A stretch of DNA of 64,000 nt from Mobula hypostoma. Lineage: Eukaryota. Location of the stretch: positions 77,006,001-77,070,000 of the forward strand of contig NC_086097.1 of the NCBI RefSeq assembly GCF_963921235.1, in the 5' to 3' direction. The translations under genes were made by a program, and so were the position numbers. This document shows, one piece after another, positions 12,770 through 29,400 of this stretch. Below the pieces are notes generated by a model that saw only the letters and a list, made by a program, of their open reading frames with translations, had not been told where the DNA came from and did no database searches. Every line of letters starts with the position of its first letter. Positions within the stretch are counted from its first letter, which is position 1.

Positions 12770-13830
12770 AGTTCAAAGTAATTTTTATTATCAAAGTACA
12801 TATATTTCACCATATACATCAAGAACATGAGATGAAGAGTCTTGAGAGTGAGTCCATTGGTTGTGAGAACATTTCAATAATGGGGCAAGTGAAGTTATCC
12901 ACTTCTGTCCAAGAGGCTGATGTGTTGAGGGATAGCATCTGTTCCTGAACCTGGTGGTGGTGTGAGTCCTGATGCTCTTATACCACCTTTCTGATGGCAA
13001 CAGTGAGAAGGGATCATGTCCTGGGTGGTGGGGGACCCTAATGATAGATGCTGCTTTCCTGCAACAACACTTCACGGCGATGTGCTCAATGGCGGGAGGG
13101 CTTTGCCTGTCATAGACTGGGCTGTATACACTACTTTTTGTAGGTTTTTCCATTCAAGGGCATTGGTGTTTCTATACCAGGCTGTGATGCAGTCAGTCAA
13201 TATACTCTCCACCATACATCCACAGAAGTTTGTCAAAGCTTTAAATGTCATGTCAAATCTCCGCAAACTCCTAAGGAAGTAGAGGCTGTGCTTTCTTCAT
13301 AACTGCTGGGACCAGGACGGGTCCTCAGAAATAATAGTGCCTAAGAATTTAAATTTGCTAACCCTCTCCATCCCGATGAGGACCGGTTCATGGACATCCG
13401 GTGTCCTCCTGAGATCAATAATCAGCTCCTCAGTTTTGCTGACATTAAGGAAGTGGTTACTGTTATGACAACACTCATCCAGATATTCAACCTATAACAG
13501 TGGTGTCATCAGCAAACTTGAATACAGCTTTGGAATTGTGCTTAGCCACATAGTCATACGTGTAAAGCAAGTAGAGCAGGGGCCTAAGCACAGGGCTTTG
13601 TGGTGCACCTGTGCTGATGGAGATCGTGGAGATGTTGCTGCCGATCTGAACTGACAGGGGTCTCTAAGTGATCCAGGATCCAATTGCACAAGGAGGTATT
13701 GAGACCAACGTCTTGTAGCTTATTGATTAGTTTTGAGGGGATGATGGGTATTGAATGTTGAGGTGTAGCCGATAAAGAGCATTCTGATGTAAGTATCTTT
13801 GCTGTCCAGATGCTCCAGGGTTGAGCCAAT
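12770..13830 (-). mobile_element. Rex1/Babar-like LINE, 5'-truncated and decayed
   Basis: RT-like peptides (SKLINKLQDVGLNTSLCNWILD; ESILTDCITAWY...LQKVV) in broken frames. Boundaries approximate. Confidence 0.65.
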
Positions 13831-14552
13831 GAGAATATCTCGTGAAGGGAACTACTCATTACTGACATTGGGATGATCAGCCTAAAGTGGAGAGACAATG
13901 GCATGCTCTGATAAATTACTGTTGGAAATATATTTAGTCTGATTCCAAGTCACAGCTATCAGAAGCTTTGATCTGCATTTTTCTAAGTGAACTAAATTTG
14001 ACTTCTGAAATTAATGCTATAAATGAGCTGCCACATCAATTTAGGACATTTCATATTTGTGCACTTTTGAGTGCTGTTACCATCAAAACAGAAGTGGAAA
14101 ACTGGCTATTGTGAGGAAAGTAGCTGCCTGGCAAACAGCAGGCATTATTAGTATCAACAGAGATGGGTTTCAAAATAAAAAGGCAAATGAGAGAGATTAG
14201 CATGACAATTGTGGCCATTTCACTGCTCTTGCCAGCAAAGTGATGCACATAAAAAGTGCTCAGTGTCATACAGTGTCATATAATCAGGACAGAAATGCAT
14301 CATCATCCCATTGCACCCCATATGTTCACAATGTATTAAAGCACCAAGCATAGTAATTTTTTTCAATTGTTGGTCAAGTTCTAGCAGATAGAATACTGTT
14401 ATTTCAAACATTAAATTCATATTGCCAGGTTATATCAATTCATTTTTTTTACCTCCTTGACTTAAATTGACCTCTAAGCATCTGATCCCAAGGGACGCTT
14501 TTTAGGCAATTTAACGGCTCGCTGCTGTTAAAGGCCTTCAATGGCACAACAG

Positions 14553-14715
14553 GTTCTGCAGATGCTAGAAATCTTCAGCAACACACACAAAATGCTTGAG
14601 GAACTCGGCAAGTCAGGTAGCATCTATGGAGGAGAATAAATAGTCAAAGTTTGGGGGCGAGACCCTTCATAGATACTGTCTGACTTGTTGAGTTCTTCTA
14701 GCATTTTGTGTTTGT
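14553..14715. mobile_element. Older, degenerate palindromic PLE 3' mini-copy
   Basis: tctgcagatgctag...gagacccttcat followed by an inverted gatactgtctgacttgttgagttcttctagcattttgtgt. Confidence 0.55.
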
Positions 14716-15049
14716 TACTAAAGGCCATCAAACTGCTTTTCAAGAAAAACTGAACAGGTAATAAGGGGGCTCTAGCCAGAGGGAGTCGTGGAAGCAGGTA
14801 CAAAAGGGAGCTGAGTAAATATCTTCAAGAACCTCCAAGACGATGAAAGGAGAGGTGAATTGCATATATTGCTCTTGAACAGCACTGGTATTGATTTAAA
14901 AGGAGGCCATTTGACCTGTTGACATGTTACTTTTCTGAGATGCTCGCTGCAGCCACAATTTTCTTCATTTTTATCTCTTTGAACCTGCATTTTGAAACCA
15001 TATAACTGACGTATCTTTTTAAGTAGCCAAGCTCCACCTCATGAATTGA

Positions 15050-15910
15050 GCAACACCAAATCGTACAGGCCAGTGCATTTAACATCAGTAGTGGGAAAGT
15101 TACTGCAAAGGATTCTGACAGGCAGGGTCTGACAACATTTGGAATGACAAAGATTGATTAAGGATAGTCAGCATAGCTTTGTATGTGGGAAATTGTCTCA
15201 GAATTTGAATGAATCTTTTTGAAGAAATGTCCGAAGATTAACAAGGGCAGGGTGTTAGTTGTTGCAAATATGGACTTTGTCATAGCAAGGCCTTTGATAG
15301 GGTCTATCATGGTAGGCTGGTCCATAAGGTTAGAGCACATGGGATCCAAGCAACTGGGCACAATTGGCATAATGATAGGAAGTAGAGCGTGGTATTGAAG
15401 GGTGTTGTACAGATTAGCGGCCTGTGGTTAGTTGTGGGGCACAGAGACCTGTGCTGGACACCTTCCCTTCACCTCTCCCTCCCCCCCTGCCGCCCCCCGT
15501 TCATATTCTAAGTTAATGATTTGGATGAGAATGTTGATGACACAGTAAGATTACAGATAACATCAATATTGTTGGTAATGGGCCAAGGAATGGAAGATGA
15601 AATTAAAATTTAACTTGGACAAGGGTGAAATGTTGCATTTTGGGAAGTCACACCAGGACAGAACTTAGAATAGAAAATACTAGGGTCCTGGAGAGTGGTT
15701 CTAGAAAAGGAAAAGCACGGGATAGCTATGTAATTCTTTGAAAGTAATGAAGAGGACAGTACATACAAGAGCTGATGTCACATTATAGCTGTGAGACTGC
15801 ACTGGGAGTACTGTGTGCAGTTCTGAATGCCCAGCTACAGCAAGATGTCATCAAGAAGGAAAGGGTGCATGGATGAGTTGGACCAAAGGGCTTATTTCCA
15901 TGCCATGTGA
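15050..15910 (+). mobile_element. CR1-type LINE RT remnant, highly decayed
   Basis: DNA similarity to the RT regions of the CR1 copies at 38.6-40.3 kb and 54.4-55.9 kb. Boundaries approximate. Confidence 0.6.
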
Positions 15911-16005
15911 ATAAGTATTAAGCACCATGTCATGAGCAGAAAGGAGCTACGGGATGCAGTTTGTGCAAACTGACTGGAATTAAAAACATTTTTATTATCT
16001 TTCAG

Positions 16006-16057
16006 GTTCTTCATGATGTACCTCATTAATAAGGATGAAACTGAACACACTGGTCAG
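16006..16057 (+). CDS. RYR3: RYR3 coding exon (FFMMYLINKDETEHTGQ)
   Basis: tttcag|g ... cag|gtagga; 52 nt. Confidence 0.95.
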
Positions 16058-17056
16058 GTAGGAAGAGGAATGGGGGTGGATGGGGAGGGAAAGAACTATG
16101 GGTGAGGTGAAGTGAACAAACTGAGGTTGAATAAATTGCCTTTGTTTTAGCCACTTGTGCTTTATTTGAAATCTGACAAAGAGCAAAATTCTTTGCATTC
16201 TTTTTCAATGACTTCTCCTCTTTAATTAATTGTGTCCACATGGAATATACATTTTGTTTTAAGTGTTTAGGAGAATATTGATTATATAAGGGAGGAAGGA
16301 AGTGAGACTGAACAAGCCTCTCCAGACTGATGGTGCTAACTCACGATGAGAGATTTTTTTTTTCTTTGATTAAATTTAAGATCAAGAACAAGATGAAGAA
16401 TTGAAGTTGCATAGTGAGTCACAAATGCTGCAAGGAATAACATCCTTGAAGCATACAATACAAGAAGTTAGGAATGCAGAGCAGTTTGCCTTGTAGAACT
16501 GTTGGAAGGTACAGAACTTGGCAAACCCACAAACTAATTTTAAATGTCAATACTTTTAAAATTTTGCCCATGATCAAATTACAGGTATTCTATTGGACCA
16601 CTGGATTCTATTGTAACATTACAAATAAAGCTGTGGTGAGGGGAAGAGAAAGCTGCACATGGCGCCCATTGTATTGAGGAGCATTTGACAGGCTGAACAG
16701 AACAGGAAAATGGAGGAATAGGAAGGACTACGGCAAATGAAGTTCTAAAACCAGAGTTCACACAGGATTGTTGAACGTGAAAGCAAGTCTATTAAAAAAC
16801 TACTAAACTAGTGAAATATAGTCATACAGCATAGAGCCAGACCTTCAGCCCAGCAAGCGCAATATGCACATACATTAGAGAAATGATCAGTAATAGGGAA
16901 TTTCAACTACATTAGCATTGTAAGTATTATTAATTGGCCAGGAAAAAAGCAACTCTAATAATATGCAAGACTTATTTCTAACTCATTATGTAAACATCCC
17001 AATTAAGGACCGTTCGATATTGGATTCAGATCTCAGTAGAAACCCAGAGAAGGAAG

Positions 17057-17292
17057 AGCGGTACAGTAGCGTAGAGATTAGTGTAAACACTCTTAAGTGC
17101 CAGTAAGCCAGGTTCAATTCCACTCCTGTCCGTTTGCATGCTGCCCCCGTGACCACTGGGTTTCCTCCGGGTGCTGTGATTCCTTCACACGTTCCAAAGA
17201 CATACGTATGAGTAGGTTAATTGGTCACATGGGTATCATTGGGCAACACAGACTTATTGGGTTGGAAGAGTCTATTACCATGCTGTACTTTT
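17057..17292 (+). mobile_element. tRNA-derived V-SINE (HE1-like)
   Basis: B-box-like ggttcaattcc, V-domain gggtttcctccgggtgctgtgattccttcacac...ccaaagac, and a CR1-like 3' tail. Confidence 0.65.
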
Positions 17293-17319
17293 TTAACTAA
17301 AAATGAAGAGGGGAACAGC

Positions 17320-19598
17320 AAGGCAAGGGTGGCCATAACAAATTGGCACAGAATTAAGATGATTGAAGAGTTAAATGCGTGGCTCAAGGATTGGTGTGAG
17401 AGAAGTGGGTTTGAATTCATGGGAAACTGGCACAAGTATTGGGGAAGGAAGGAGCTCTTCCATTGGGACAGGCTCCACCTGAACCATGATGAGACCTGGA
17501 TCCTGGCAAATCACATAACTAGGGTTGTGGTTAGGGCATCAAACTAAATAGCAGGGGGGTGGGTTCAACAGATTGAAGAAGTATGGATAAAATAAGAGTG
17601 AAAAGTGTGAATAGATAAAGTAAAAGGTAAAAGAAAAGAAAAGTAAGGGTGGAATGCAGAAAAGTCATGTGCATAAGAGACTAAAGCACAATGAGTGAAA
17701 GGGCACTTTATCTGAATGCCCGTAATACTTGTAACAAGGTCAGTGAACTTGCGGCACAAATCAGTATAAAGGGGTATGATTTGGTGGCCATTACAGAAAC
17801 GTGGTTGCAGGGTGGAAAGGATTGGGAATTAACTATCCAAGGATATTAGGTAATACAGAAGGATAGGCAGGAAGGTACGGGAAGTGGGGTAGCACTCATT
17901 AAGGATGAAATCAGGGCGATAATGACAGACAATATAAGATCTAAGGAGCAGAATGTTGAATCCATCTGGGTAGAGATTAGGAATAGTCAAGGGGAAAAAA
18001 ATCACTGGTGGGAGTTGTCTATCGGCTACTGAATAGTAACATTACAGTGGCACAGGCAATAACCTGCACAGGCAGGTTACAGTTGAGGTTTTGGTGATAA
18101 TTTACCAAAATTTTCTAGACTTTGGGCGGGTCTCAATGGATTGGAAGAAGGCAAATGTCACGCCACTGTTCAAAAAATGATGTAGGCAAAAGGCAGATAA
18201 CTATAGTCCGGTTAGTTTAACACCTATAGTTGGGAAAATGCTTGAAGCTATCATTAAAGAAATAGTGAGGCAACTGGAAAGAAATGGATCCATTAGGCAG
18301 ACGCAGTATGGATTCAGAAAAGGTAGGTCCTGTTTGACAAACTTACTGGAGTTATTTGAGGATATAAAAAGCACAATGGATAAAGGGAAACAGGTGGATG
18401 TTATTTACTTGGATTTCCAGAAGGCGTTCAATAAGGTGCCATATAAAAGACCATTCCATAAGATAAGTTGTGGGTGAATTATTAGCATGGATAGAGGAAT
18501 GGTTAACCAACAGAAAGCAGAGAGCTGGGTTACATAGGTGTTTCTCTGGTTGGCAATCAGTAGTGAGCCATGTGCCACAGGGGTCAGTGCTGGGCCTGCA
18601 ACTGTTCACAATATACATTAACAGTCTGGAAGAGGGGACTAAGTGTAGTGTATCTAAGTTTGCTGATGACATTAAATTGAGTGGAAAAGCAAATTATGCA
18701 GAGGATATGGAGAGTCTGCAGAGAGATATAGATAGGTTAAGTGAGTGGGCAAGGGTCTGGAAGATGGAGTACAATGTTGGTAAATGCGAGGTCATCCACT
18801 TTGGAAGGTAAAATGGAAGAGCAGGTTATTACTTAAATGGTAAAAGATTGCAGTGTGATACCGTGCAAAAGGACTTGAGGGTGCTTGTGCATGAATTGCA
18901 ACAGGTTGGTTTGCAGGTGCAGCAGGCTATCAAGACAAATGAAATGTTGGCCGTTATTGCTAGAGGGATTGAATTTAAGAGCAGGAAAGTTATGCTGCAA
19001 CTGTATAGGGTACTGGTGTGGCCGCATCTGGAGTACTGCGAACAGTTCTGGTCTCCTTACTTGAGGAAGGATATACTGGCTTTAGAGGCGCTGCAGAGGA
19101 GGTTCACCAGGTTGATTCCGGAGATGAGGGGGTTAGACTATGAGGAGAGATTGAGTCGCCTTGGACCCTACTTGCTGGAATTCAGGAGAATGAGAGGAGA
19201 TCTTACAGAAACATATGAAATTATGAAAAGGATAGATAAAATAGAGGCAGGAAGTTGTTTCCACTGGTAGGTAAGACTAGAACTAGAGGACATAGCCTCA
19301 AGATTTGGTGGAGTAAGTTTAGAATGGAGATGAGGACAAACTGCTTTTCCCAAAGAATGGTGAATCTATGGAATTCTCTGCCCAAAGAAGCGGCGGAGGC
19401 TACCTCAGTAAATATATTTAAGACTAGGTTAGATAGATTTTTGCAAAATAGGGGAGATAAGGGTTTTGGGGAAAAGGCAGGTAGGTGGAAATGAGTCCAT
19501 GGTCAGATCAGCTATGATCTTGCTGAATGGCAGAGAAGGCTCGATGAGCCAGATGGCCTACCTCCTACTCCTATTTCTTATGTTCTTATATTCTTATG
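17320..19598 (+). mobile_element. CR1 LINE: ORF1 SGNH/esterase C-terminus plus ORF2 with a large internal deletion
   Basis: LNAWLKDWC...DRLHLN; RT motifs [22 protein letters not shown]; tail of ttcttatg repeats. Confidence 0.85.
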
Positions 19599-19894
19599 AT
19601 ATAAGCATGTTCAAGGCCAGGTTTGTAGACAGGAGAAAGCCTGAAATTGAGAGGTGTGTTTGGAATTAGTAAGATAAAATGGACAAAGCTGAGGGCAATC
19701 AACGTTCAAAATAGGGTTCATCATATTGCAGGAAGAATATATTTTGATACGTAACAAATTAAATGTACATGAGACTTAATGGATGAAGAAAAAATAATGT
19801 AACATCTGAAGATATAAAAAGTATGCATCAAGTATATAACGAGAGATGAAAGGATTGGGAAAACCAAAACAATTCTGTAGTGAAAGAGTACTTA

Positions 19895-21123
19895 TGAAGA
19901 AACATTATTGAGGAATAACAAGCAGGATAGACAAAGGAGAAATGGTTAATGCTGTGTACTTGGATTTGCAGAAGGCCTTTGACAAGGTGTCATACACGAG
20001 GCTGCTTAACAAGTTAAGAGTCCCTCGTATTACAAGAAAGATACTAGCATGAATAGAGCATTGGCTGATCAGCATGAGGCAAAGGGTGGGAATAGAGGGA
20101 GTTTTTTCTGGTTGACTGCCAGTGATTAGTGGTGTTCCCCAGGGGTCTGTGTAGGGACCGCTTCATTTAATGTTATGTCAATGATTTGGATGACAGAATT
20201 GATGGACTTCTGGCCAAGTTTGCAGATGATACAAAGACAAGTGGAAGGGGAGATAGTTTTGAGGAGATAGAGAGGCTACAGAAGGACTTGGATAGATTAA
20301 GAGAACGGACGAAGAAGTGACAGATAGAATAGTGTTGGGAAATGTATGGTCATGTACTTTGGTAAAAGAAATAAAAGAATAAACTATTTTCTAAATGGAG
20401 TGAAAATTCAAAATTTGAGGGGCAAAGGGATTTGAGAGTCCTTGTTCAGAATTCCCTAAAGGTTAATTTGCAGGTTAAGTCAAGACAAATGCGATGTTCG
20501 CATGCATTTCAAGAGGACTAGAAAAAATACAAAAGCAAGGATGTAATGTTCTGACTTGATAAAGCACTGTGAGGCCTCATTTGGAGTATTGAGAACAATT
20601 TTGGTTCCCTTTAATCTAAGAAAGGATGTGCTGACGTTGGAGAGGGTTCAAAGGAGGTTCATGAAAATGATTCTGGGATTGAAAAGCTTGTCTTATGAGG
20701 AGCATTTGGTGGCTCTAGGCTTTATTCACTGGAATTCAGAAGACTGAGGGGTGACCTCATTGAAACCTATTGAAGGTTGAAAGGCCTTGATAGAGTGGAT
20801 GTGGAGAAGATGTTTCCTATGGTGGGAGAATGTAAAACCAGAGAACACAGCCCCAGAATAGAGGGATGTCTTTTTAGAACAGAGGTGAGAAGGAATTTCT
20901 TTAACCAGAGTGATCAATCTCTGGAATTTGTTGCCACAGGCGGCTGTAGAGGCTAAGTCATTAGGTATATTTGAAGCATAGGTTCTTGATAAGTCACGGT
21001 ATGAAGGAATACGGAGAGAAGGCAGGAGCTTGGGGCCGAGAGGGAAAATAGATCAGCCATGTTGAAATGGTGGAGCACAGTCTATGGGCCAAATGGCCTA
21101 ACTCTGTTCCTATATATTATGGT
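19895..21123 (+). mobile_element. CR1 LINE, 5'-truncated RT fragment
   Basis: Decayed YLDLQKAFDKV, GVPQGSV, AKFADDTK and LERVQRRF motifs. Confidence 0.8.
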
Positions 21124-21581
21124 AATCTATCAAAATATCTTCCAGAAAAATCAAGAGGAGGATGGTTTGGATGAGAATTGGAAAAGAAATATAATATCAT
21201 TAACAATACAAGATGGCACAAATACGAAATTACTACTTTGCTTCAGGGTTTAGCAGATGGAATTATACCAGATAATGAAATCAGTGCACTTAAAACAGCA
21301 AAAGGAGATAAATAAGCAAATGAAACATGTTAGGATCACTGCTGTTCACTATCTACATTTCTGTTTTACATTCTGAAATGAACAACAAAATTTATGAATG
21401 TGCATGACATGCTAAATGGAGGATGTATACTTAATACTGCGGAGGAGTATAACAAACTAGAGGTGAACACTATTAAATGGAAAAAAAAGGGAATAAAGGT
21501 TTAGATAAGCAAACACAAGAGGCAGGAGGTTGAAGTGGAGCGTAAATGGTGATTGTGGACTGGTTGAGCTGTATACATATA

Positions 21582-24107
<2,526 letters not shown>

Positions 24108-25333
24108 ATGATAACGCTGCTTGAACTAATCTACTGATTAAACACATGGAACTTGACATGAGTGTAATATAGAAAATAGAGCAAATGGATATTTACTATT
24201 CCAAGTCAAAATAAAAATAAATGTGAAAAGTGTTGAAAATACAACCGTCTTAAACACAATTACATTCAACTTTAAAGTATACAAAGTGTAATATTTAACA
24301 GAATTGGAAGTGTTATGAAGATATTGAAGTTAAACTCTTCTGTGGCTTTTGGCTAACTAATTAAACAGAACCACATCGTCATAAATTCCAAGAAATTACC
24401 AAAAGAAATTGTGCCTTACCTGTGGCCAATGCTAAGCAACAATTTGTATGTCTGTTTTCTAGCTTGTGCTTCTCAAAACAAAAAACTAAGTTAGAATTTG
24501 TTCAGTTTGTTCACATTGTTGAGTCTTACTGTATGCTGTACAAACCTGTAGACTGATATCTGTTTGCCGAAGCAGCAGCTGAGCTGTTAATTTATAATGT
24601 TTTTTCTGGATATGGCATTTAATTTCATGAAATTCTATAACCCTTCAAATCTTTCTTGTGCATCTGGCTGTATGCTTTATTATACATTTTCAAATTAACA
24701 CCATTTACAATCTAAAGCTTCAATTTTAAATCATTCAAATGTGCTAACTGCAATTTAATGCATAGTTTTGAAATAAAGCAATGAAATTCAGTAAAGTATC
24801 TTTTTTAGAATATGCTTTTGTTTAATCTGAGAATAATGACAGTGTATCATTCTGTTACAACCTATACTGGAGCACACTGAAGGCACAGAATAAATATTCC
24901 TTTGGCCATGAATGTGACATCTCTTTGTTTGAATCAATCTGTGAAAGGATCTTTTTTTAAACCTAATGTAATCCATTAATGTGAAAAGCACCAGAGCTGA
25001 TATACGCATAGACAATCAAATCTCTTAAAATTAATCTCTTTGCTTAATGGCACTTTATTAATGTGTAACTTAACCCTTCACTGAGAAAATAACGAAGTAC
25101 ACTCGTGAATTTTACCTTTTCCATTACTGCTTGGATGGTCTCCTTTTACATATAATTCTAAGCCATTCATTGGGTAAAACTCCTAAACTCTGCTTTGATG
25201 TCATACTGTTAAAATATATGCTTTTGAAGCAATTACCCAACTGCTTTGTGCAGGAAATGCAATGCTACTGTTGTGTTTGGAGTCAAGTACTGTTCGTCAG
25301 GATTCACGCACTTGCAAGTCTGTCATGGTAACA
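24108..25333. promoter_or_regulatory. Convergent 3' UTR region of RYR3 (+) and AVEN (-) with candidate poly(A) signals
   Basis: AATAAA on + at 24210, 24216, 24772 and 24889. TTTATT (AATAAA on -) at 24676 and 25054. AU-rich, with no recognisable TE. Confidence 0.6.
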
Positions 25334-25446
25334 TTATGATATCATGCTATCTAACCAATCTTCAAGCTCCTCCTCAGGGTCAACCTTCTTAGCTGTTACC
25401 TTTGGTTGTGAATTTGTATCGTCTATCACCTCTGCACCACAGGAGT
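25334..25446 (-). CDS. AVEN: AVEN (cell death regulator Aven) terminal coding exon (...KKVDPEEELEDWLDSMIS*)
   Basis: Minus-strand acceptor gaacag|ac; stop TAA at 25336-25334. EELEDWLDSMIS is the conserved Aven C-terminus. Confidence 0.93.
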
Positions 25447-25676
25447 CTGTTCAAAAGGCAAAGAAATCATATTGTAACAACAACAATAATAGATATAAAA
25501 AAAACAAACCAGTTTGCATGCTTACTATACCACAAAATCAACTTCAAGTCAAAGCATGCATCCAACAGAAGAAAATGCTATCTCATTTACAATCATCCAT
25601 TCATATGTATAGCTGCGATAATTAAATTATAATGTGTGTTCTTACTTTGTTCCCCCAATCTCAAATAAAATAAAAT

Positions 25677-25935
25677 AGGGTGGCACAATGCTTTACAGTA
25701 CAAGAGACCCGGGTTCAATTGCCGCCGCTGCCTAGGAGGAGTTTGCATGTTCTCCTTGTGATCATGTGGGTTTCTCCGGGTGCTCTGGTTTCCTCCCACA
25801 GTCTAAAGACGTACCAGTTGGTAGGTTAACTGGTCATTGTAAATTATCCCGTGATTAGGCTAGGATTAAATCGAGGGTACTGCTGGGCGGCGCAGCTCAA
25901 AGGGCCAGAAGGGCCTATTCCGCACTGTATTTCAA
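25677..25935 (+). mobile_element. tRNA-derived V-SINE (HE1-like)
   Basis: cccgggttcaattgcc B-box, V-domain ggagtttgcatgttctcc...gggtttctccgggtgctctggtttcctcccacagtctaaagacgt, and CR1-like tail gggccagaagggcct. Confidence 0.75.
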
Positions 25936-26168
25936 AAAATTAAAAAAAATAAAACAGCAAGTTCATAAACTACAACTTGGATTTATCATGTATTACATTG
26001 TAACTTACTGTTTTCACCTGCAATTTGGAAAATATGTTGCATTAGATCAAATATATTATTCATCCACATTCAAGCAGAGGAAATTAATGCTATTTTACTG
26101 AAACTTCAAAATAAGGTCATCTGTACCATTTAAAAATAAAGTACGCTTTTAGTGGCTAAATGTCTCAC

Positions 26169-26493
26169 CAGTTAGAATATTAACTGTTTCCGGATCATGG
26201 AGAACTTCTACATTCTTCGCTCCTTTTAAAGAAATATCATTCTTGTTGACAGGCGTTTCCAACTGAAGTAAAAATTCTAGCTCCTCATCCAGATGGTCTG
26301 CTGGCTCCTGCAATGCACATGCAGGGGTAATACTCTCAGCTATTTGTGTTAGAGGGTCAGGCATGCGGTTGACCGGAATGGTGTCCACATTCGTTGAGGA
26401 AGCCGGAGTAGGTACTCTAAATTTACCAAATTTACTATGCTCTTCATCCAAACTCTTCAGTCTGATCTGCGGTAGCTCCGCAGGAGGATTTAC
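26169..26493 (-). CDS. AVEN: AVEN coding exon (VNPPAELPQIRLK...DHLDEELEFLLQLETPV...ILT)
   Basis: atttag| ... actg|gtgaga; 325 nt; phase 1 joins the terminal exon; overlaps ORF 26149..26451. Confidence 0.9.
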
Positions 26494-29400
26494 CTAAATA
26501 TGAAAGAAACTCAAAATGTAACACTGACATTCACTTTGCCCTTTTCATTAAAAATGTGAACTATTGAAGATTAAAATGTTATTGTTCTACATTGCTTTTA
26601 CTCCTGCCTTTTCAGCTACCGAGAAGTTCACTGAGAAATAGGATAAAATAGTAAAATGGTGGCACATATTTATGATCTTACGGTTTTTGAAGTTGAAGAA
26701 TGAGACAGCCTGCAACAGAGGCAAATTAGGTTACTAGGAGAAGTGAGGGTGGACATTGCAGAGCCTCTAGCTACAGTCTTTAATGCTTATAAATGGTGAA
26801 AAAGAACTGCAAAACTAAATGTTTAACAATAAAGTAAACCTAACATCTACAGGGCAGTCAGCCTGTTATCAATACAGGGGTGACTGGCATTTATGTAAAA
26901 TAAAGCTAACAAAATTTGGATTAATAAAAGAAAAGCAGCATGGATATGTTAAAGGTAAATCTAGATAATCAAAGAAATGAATATAGTAAGCTAAAGTAAC
27001 AGAAAGCTGCTATGGAGATTTACTTCCTTAGTACTACTTCAATCATATTCTCCATGGAATATTAAAAGGTTACGAGAACACAACTGTTTAAAAATTATGG
27101 AGAGATGAATGTAGTATATTTAATACTTCAAAATATTTGAGTAATATTGTAAATATATGATTTGATTAAGCATTCTTGTTTTTGCCTAATTCATTATGGG
27201 TTATATGTCAGAAGTATGTGAATGGCATACATTAGTATGTCACTACATCATATGTGTACACCACACTAATGAAGAAAGTAAATAGACAACACCCTGGCTC
27301 CTGTATTTTTCTTTTGATTAGTTTCTGGAGTTACACAACATAACTCTGGTGACGAGAAAGTTTTAAAATGAACCCAAGATGACTACCTGCCTGTTGAGAT
27401 GCAGCAAGATGTTCAAGATAAAAAAGTGCAGCACATTATTTCTTCAGAAGGGGGAGAGAGATGTGAGAGTTTTTAATAAAAAAGTGCATAACATTGTTTC
27501 TTCAGAAAGGAGAAAGACGGTTGAGTTTTTTTTAAAGGAAGGCAGAAAATAGATGAAATTCACGGTTTCATAAACAGTGAGTACTGGGAGATAATAATAA
27601 TAAATATGAAAAAAGCAGAAATGGCTGGCTACAATGGAAAGATAGACATGTTCGACTGCACAACAGATAACTGGATGATGTATACTGAACAAATTCAGCA
27701 GTATTTTGAAGCAAATGAAAAGCAAGTTCCAGCGTTACTAGGTGCAATAAGTGGAAAAACATACAGCTTGTTCAGAAGTTTAACTACCTCAACCAATCCA
27801 GCCAAAATGAGCTTTGCTGATACCATAAACATAATGCAGGAACATTTAGAACAGAAAACATTGTTGCTTGTAGAACACTTTACATTTCATAAGCGGAATC
27901 AAAAGGAAGTGGAATCCATGTTAGCTTATCGTGGCTGAATTGAAGAAATTGAGCATAGTCAGTTCAGTGATGGGCTTAATGATGCAATGAGAAATCGTTT
28001 AGTTTGTGAAATCTCACAAGAAAGCATTCAAAAACGGCTCTTAACTGAAGCCACACAAGAGCAGTTGAAATTGCTGTATCAATGAAAAAGCAGCCAGAGA
28101 TGCATTTAAGTTACGGTCAGGAAGGAAACTGTGCGTGAACAAAATTGCAAAGTCTAAACAGAAACCTGCTAGGCTGAACAAATTGTATTATGTTGTGGCA
28201 GGGTCTCGCATACGCCGCACCACTGCAAGTTTAAAATGCAACAAAATAGGACTCATACAAATAGTATGTCCGGCAGACAAAAATAAATGTACTGCACAGG
28301 GGAGAGAGGAATATAAAAAGCCAAGTTGCAGTTTCAAGAACAGCACTAATCTGCATTCTGATGATCAAGAATCTGATAATGATGAGAATGACACAGGATT
28401 GGATAGCCTTAAGATTTACAATGTGAAAACTAATAAAACAAGCTATATGGCTTACACTAGAAGTGAACAACAAATTAATCAAGCTGGCTCGGCTGTTTCA
28501 GTCATTCCACAAAATGAATTTGAACGACATTTCAAAGATATTGCACTGAAGCCTGCAGATATCTGACTAAGAACTTGTACTGTGTGAATGACATTTGTAG
28601 CAGTGAAATACAACAATCAACAAGCCACAATGGGCTTATATGTAGTAAAAACAGGAGGACCAGCATTGTGAGGCCATGATTGGCCGAGACAACTGAAACT
28701 TAATTGGTGATCCACCCTTGTATTTGCATGTCACATTCCCTGCAATAGAGTCAACTGAAAGTGAATTCAGAAAGGTACTGGATGATGCCACAGCAGTGCC
28801 CAAGGATAGCATTGGAAAACTCAAACATATCAAGGTTAAAATGATGTGAAAATGCAACACCAGTTCTTGCAAAGCCTGTCCAGTTCCTTGTACCATTTGT
28901 GATAAAGTAGCCAGTGAGCTAGATCACAAAGATGCTAAGGGAATTCTTTCCAACACTGAATGGAGCCCATGGGCAATTAATGGTCCAATAGCTAGGCAGC
29001 GTGGGTTTGTCAGGATCTGTGGTGATTTTAATGCCACCATCAACCCAGTATTGAAAGTAGATCAAAACCCTCTACCCAGGATACAGGATATTTTTGCAAA
29101 CCTTTCTGGAGGGAAACAATTCAGCAAGGTGGACTTAGTGGAAGCCTAACTCCAGATGTGTTGGAAGTAGAGTTCAAAGCATTTCTCACCATAAGCACCC
29201 ATAAAGGGCTTTATCTTTATAATAGGCTTTATTTTATGAGCAGCATCCGCACCTGCACTTGGCAGAAAGTCCGCACCTGCACTTGGCAGAAAGCTATGGA
29301 CCAGGTGCTGCAAGGCTGCCCAGGCACTCAGTGTTACCTGGATGACATCATTGTTACCAGTGAGGATGACAAGGAACATCTCCAAAATCTTAAGACAGTG

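Noticed and set aside
29246..29293. Tandem 24-bp duplication tccgcacctgcacttggcagaaag; also a 15-bp duplication gtgaaggaaccatgg near 38370-38400
   Set aside because: Local slippage inside dead TEs; no sign of function.
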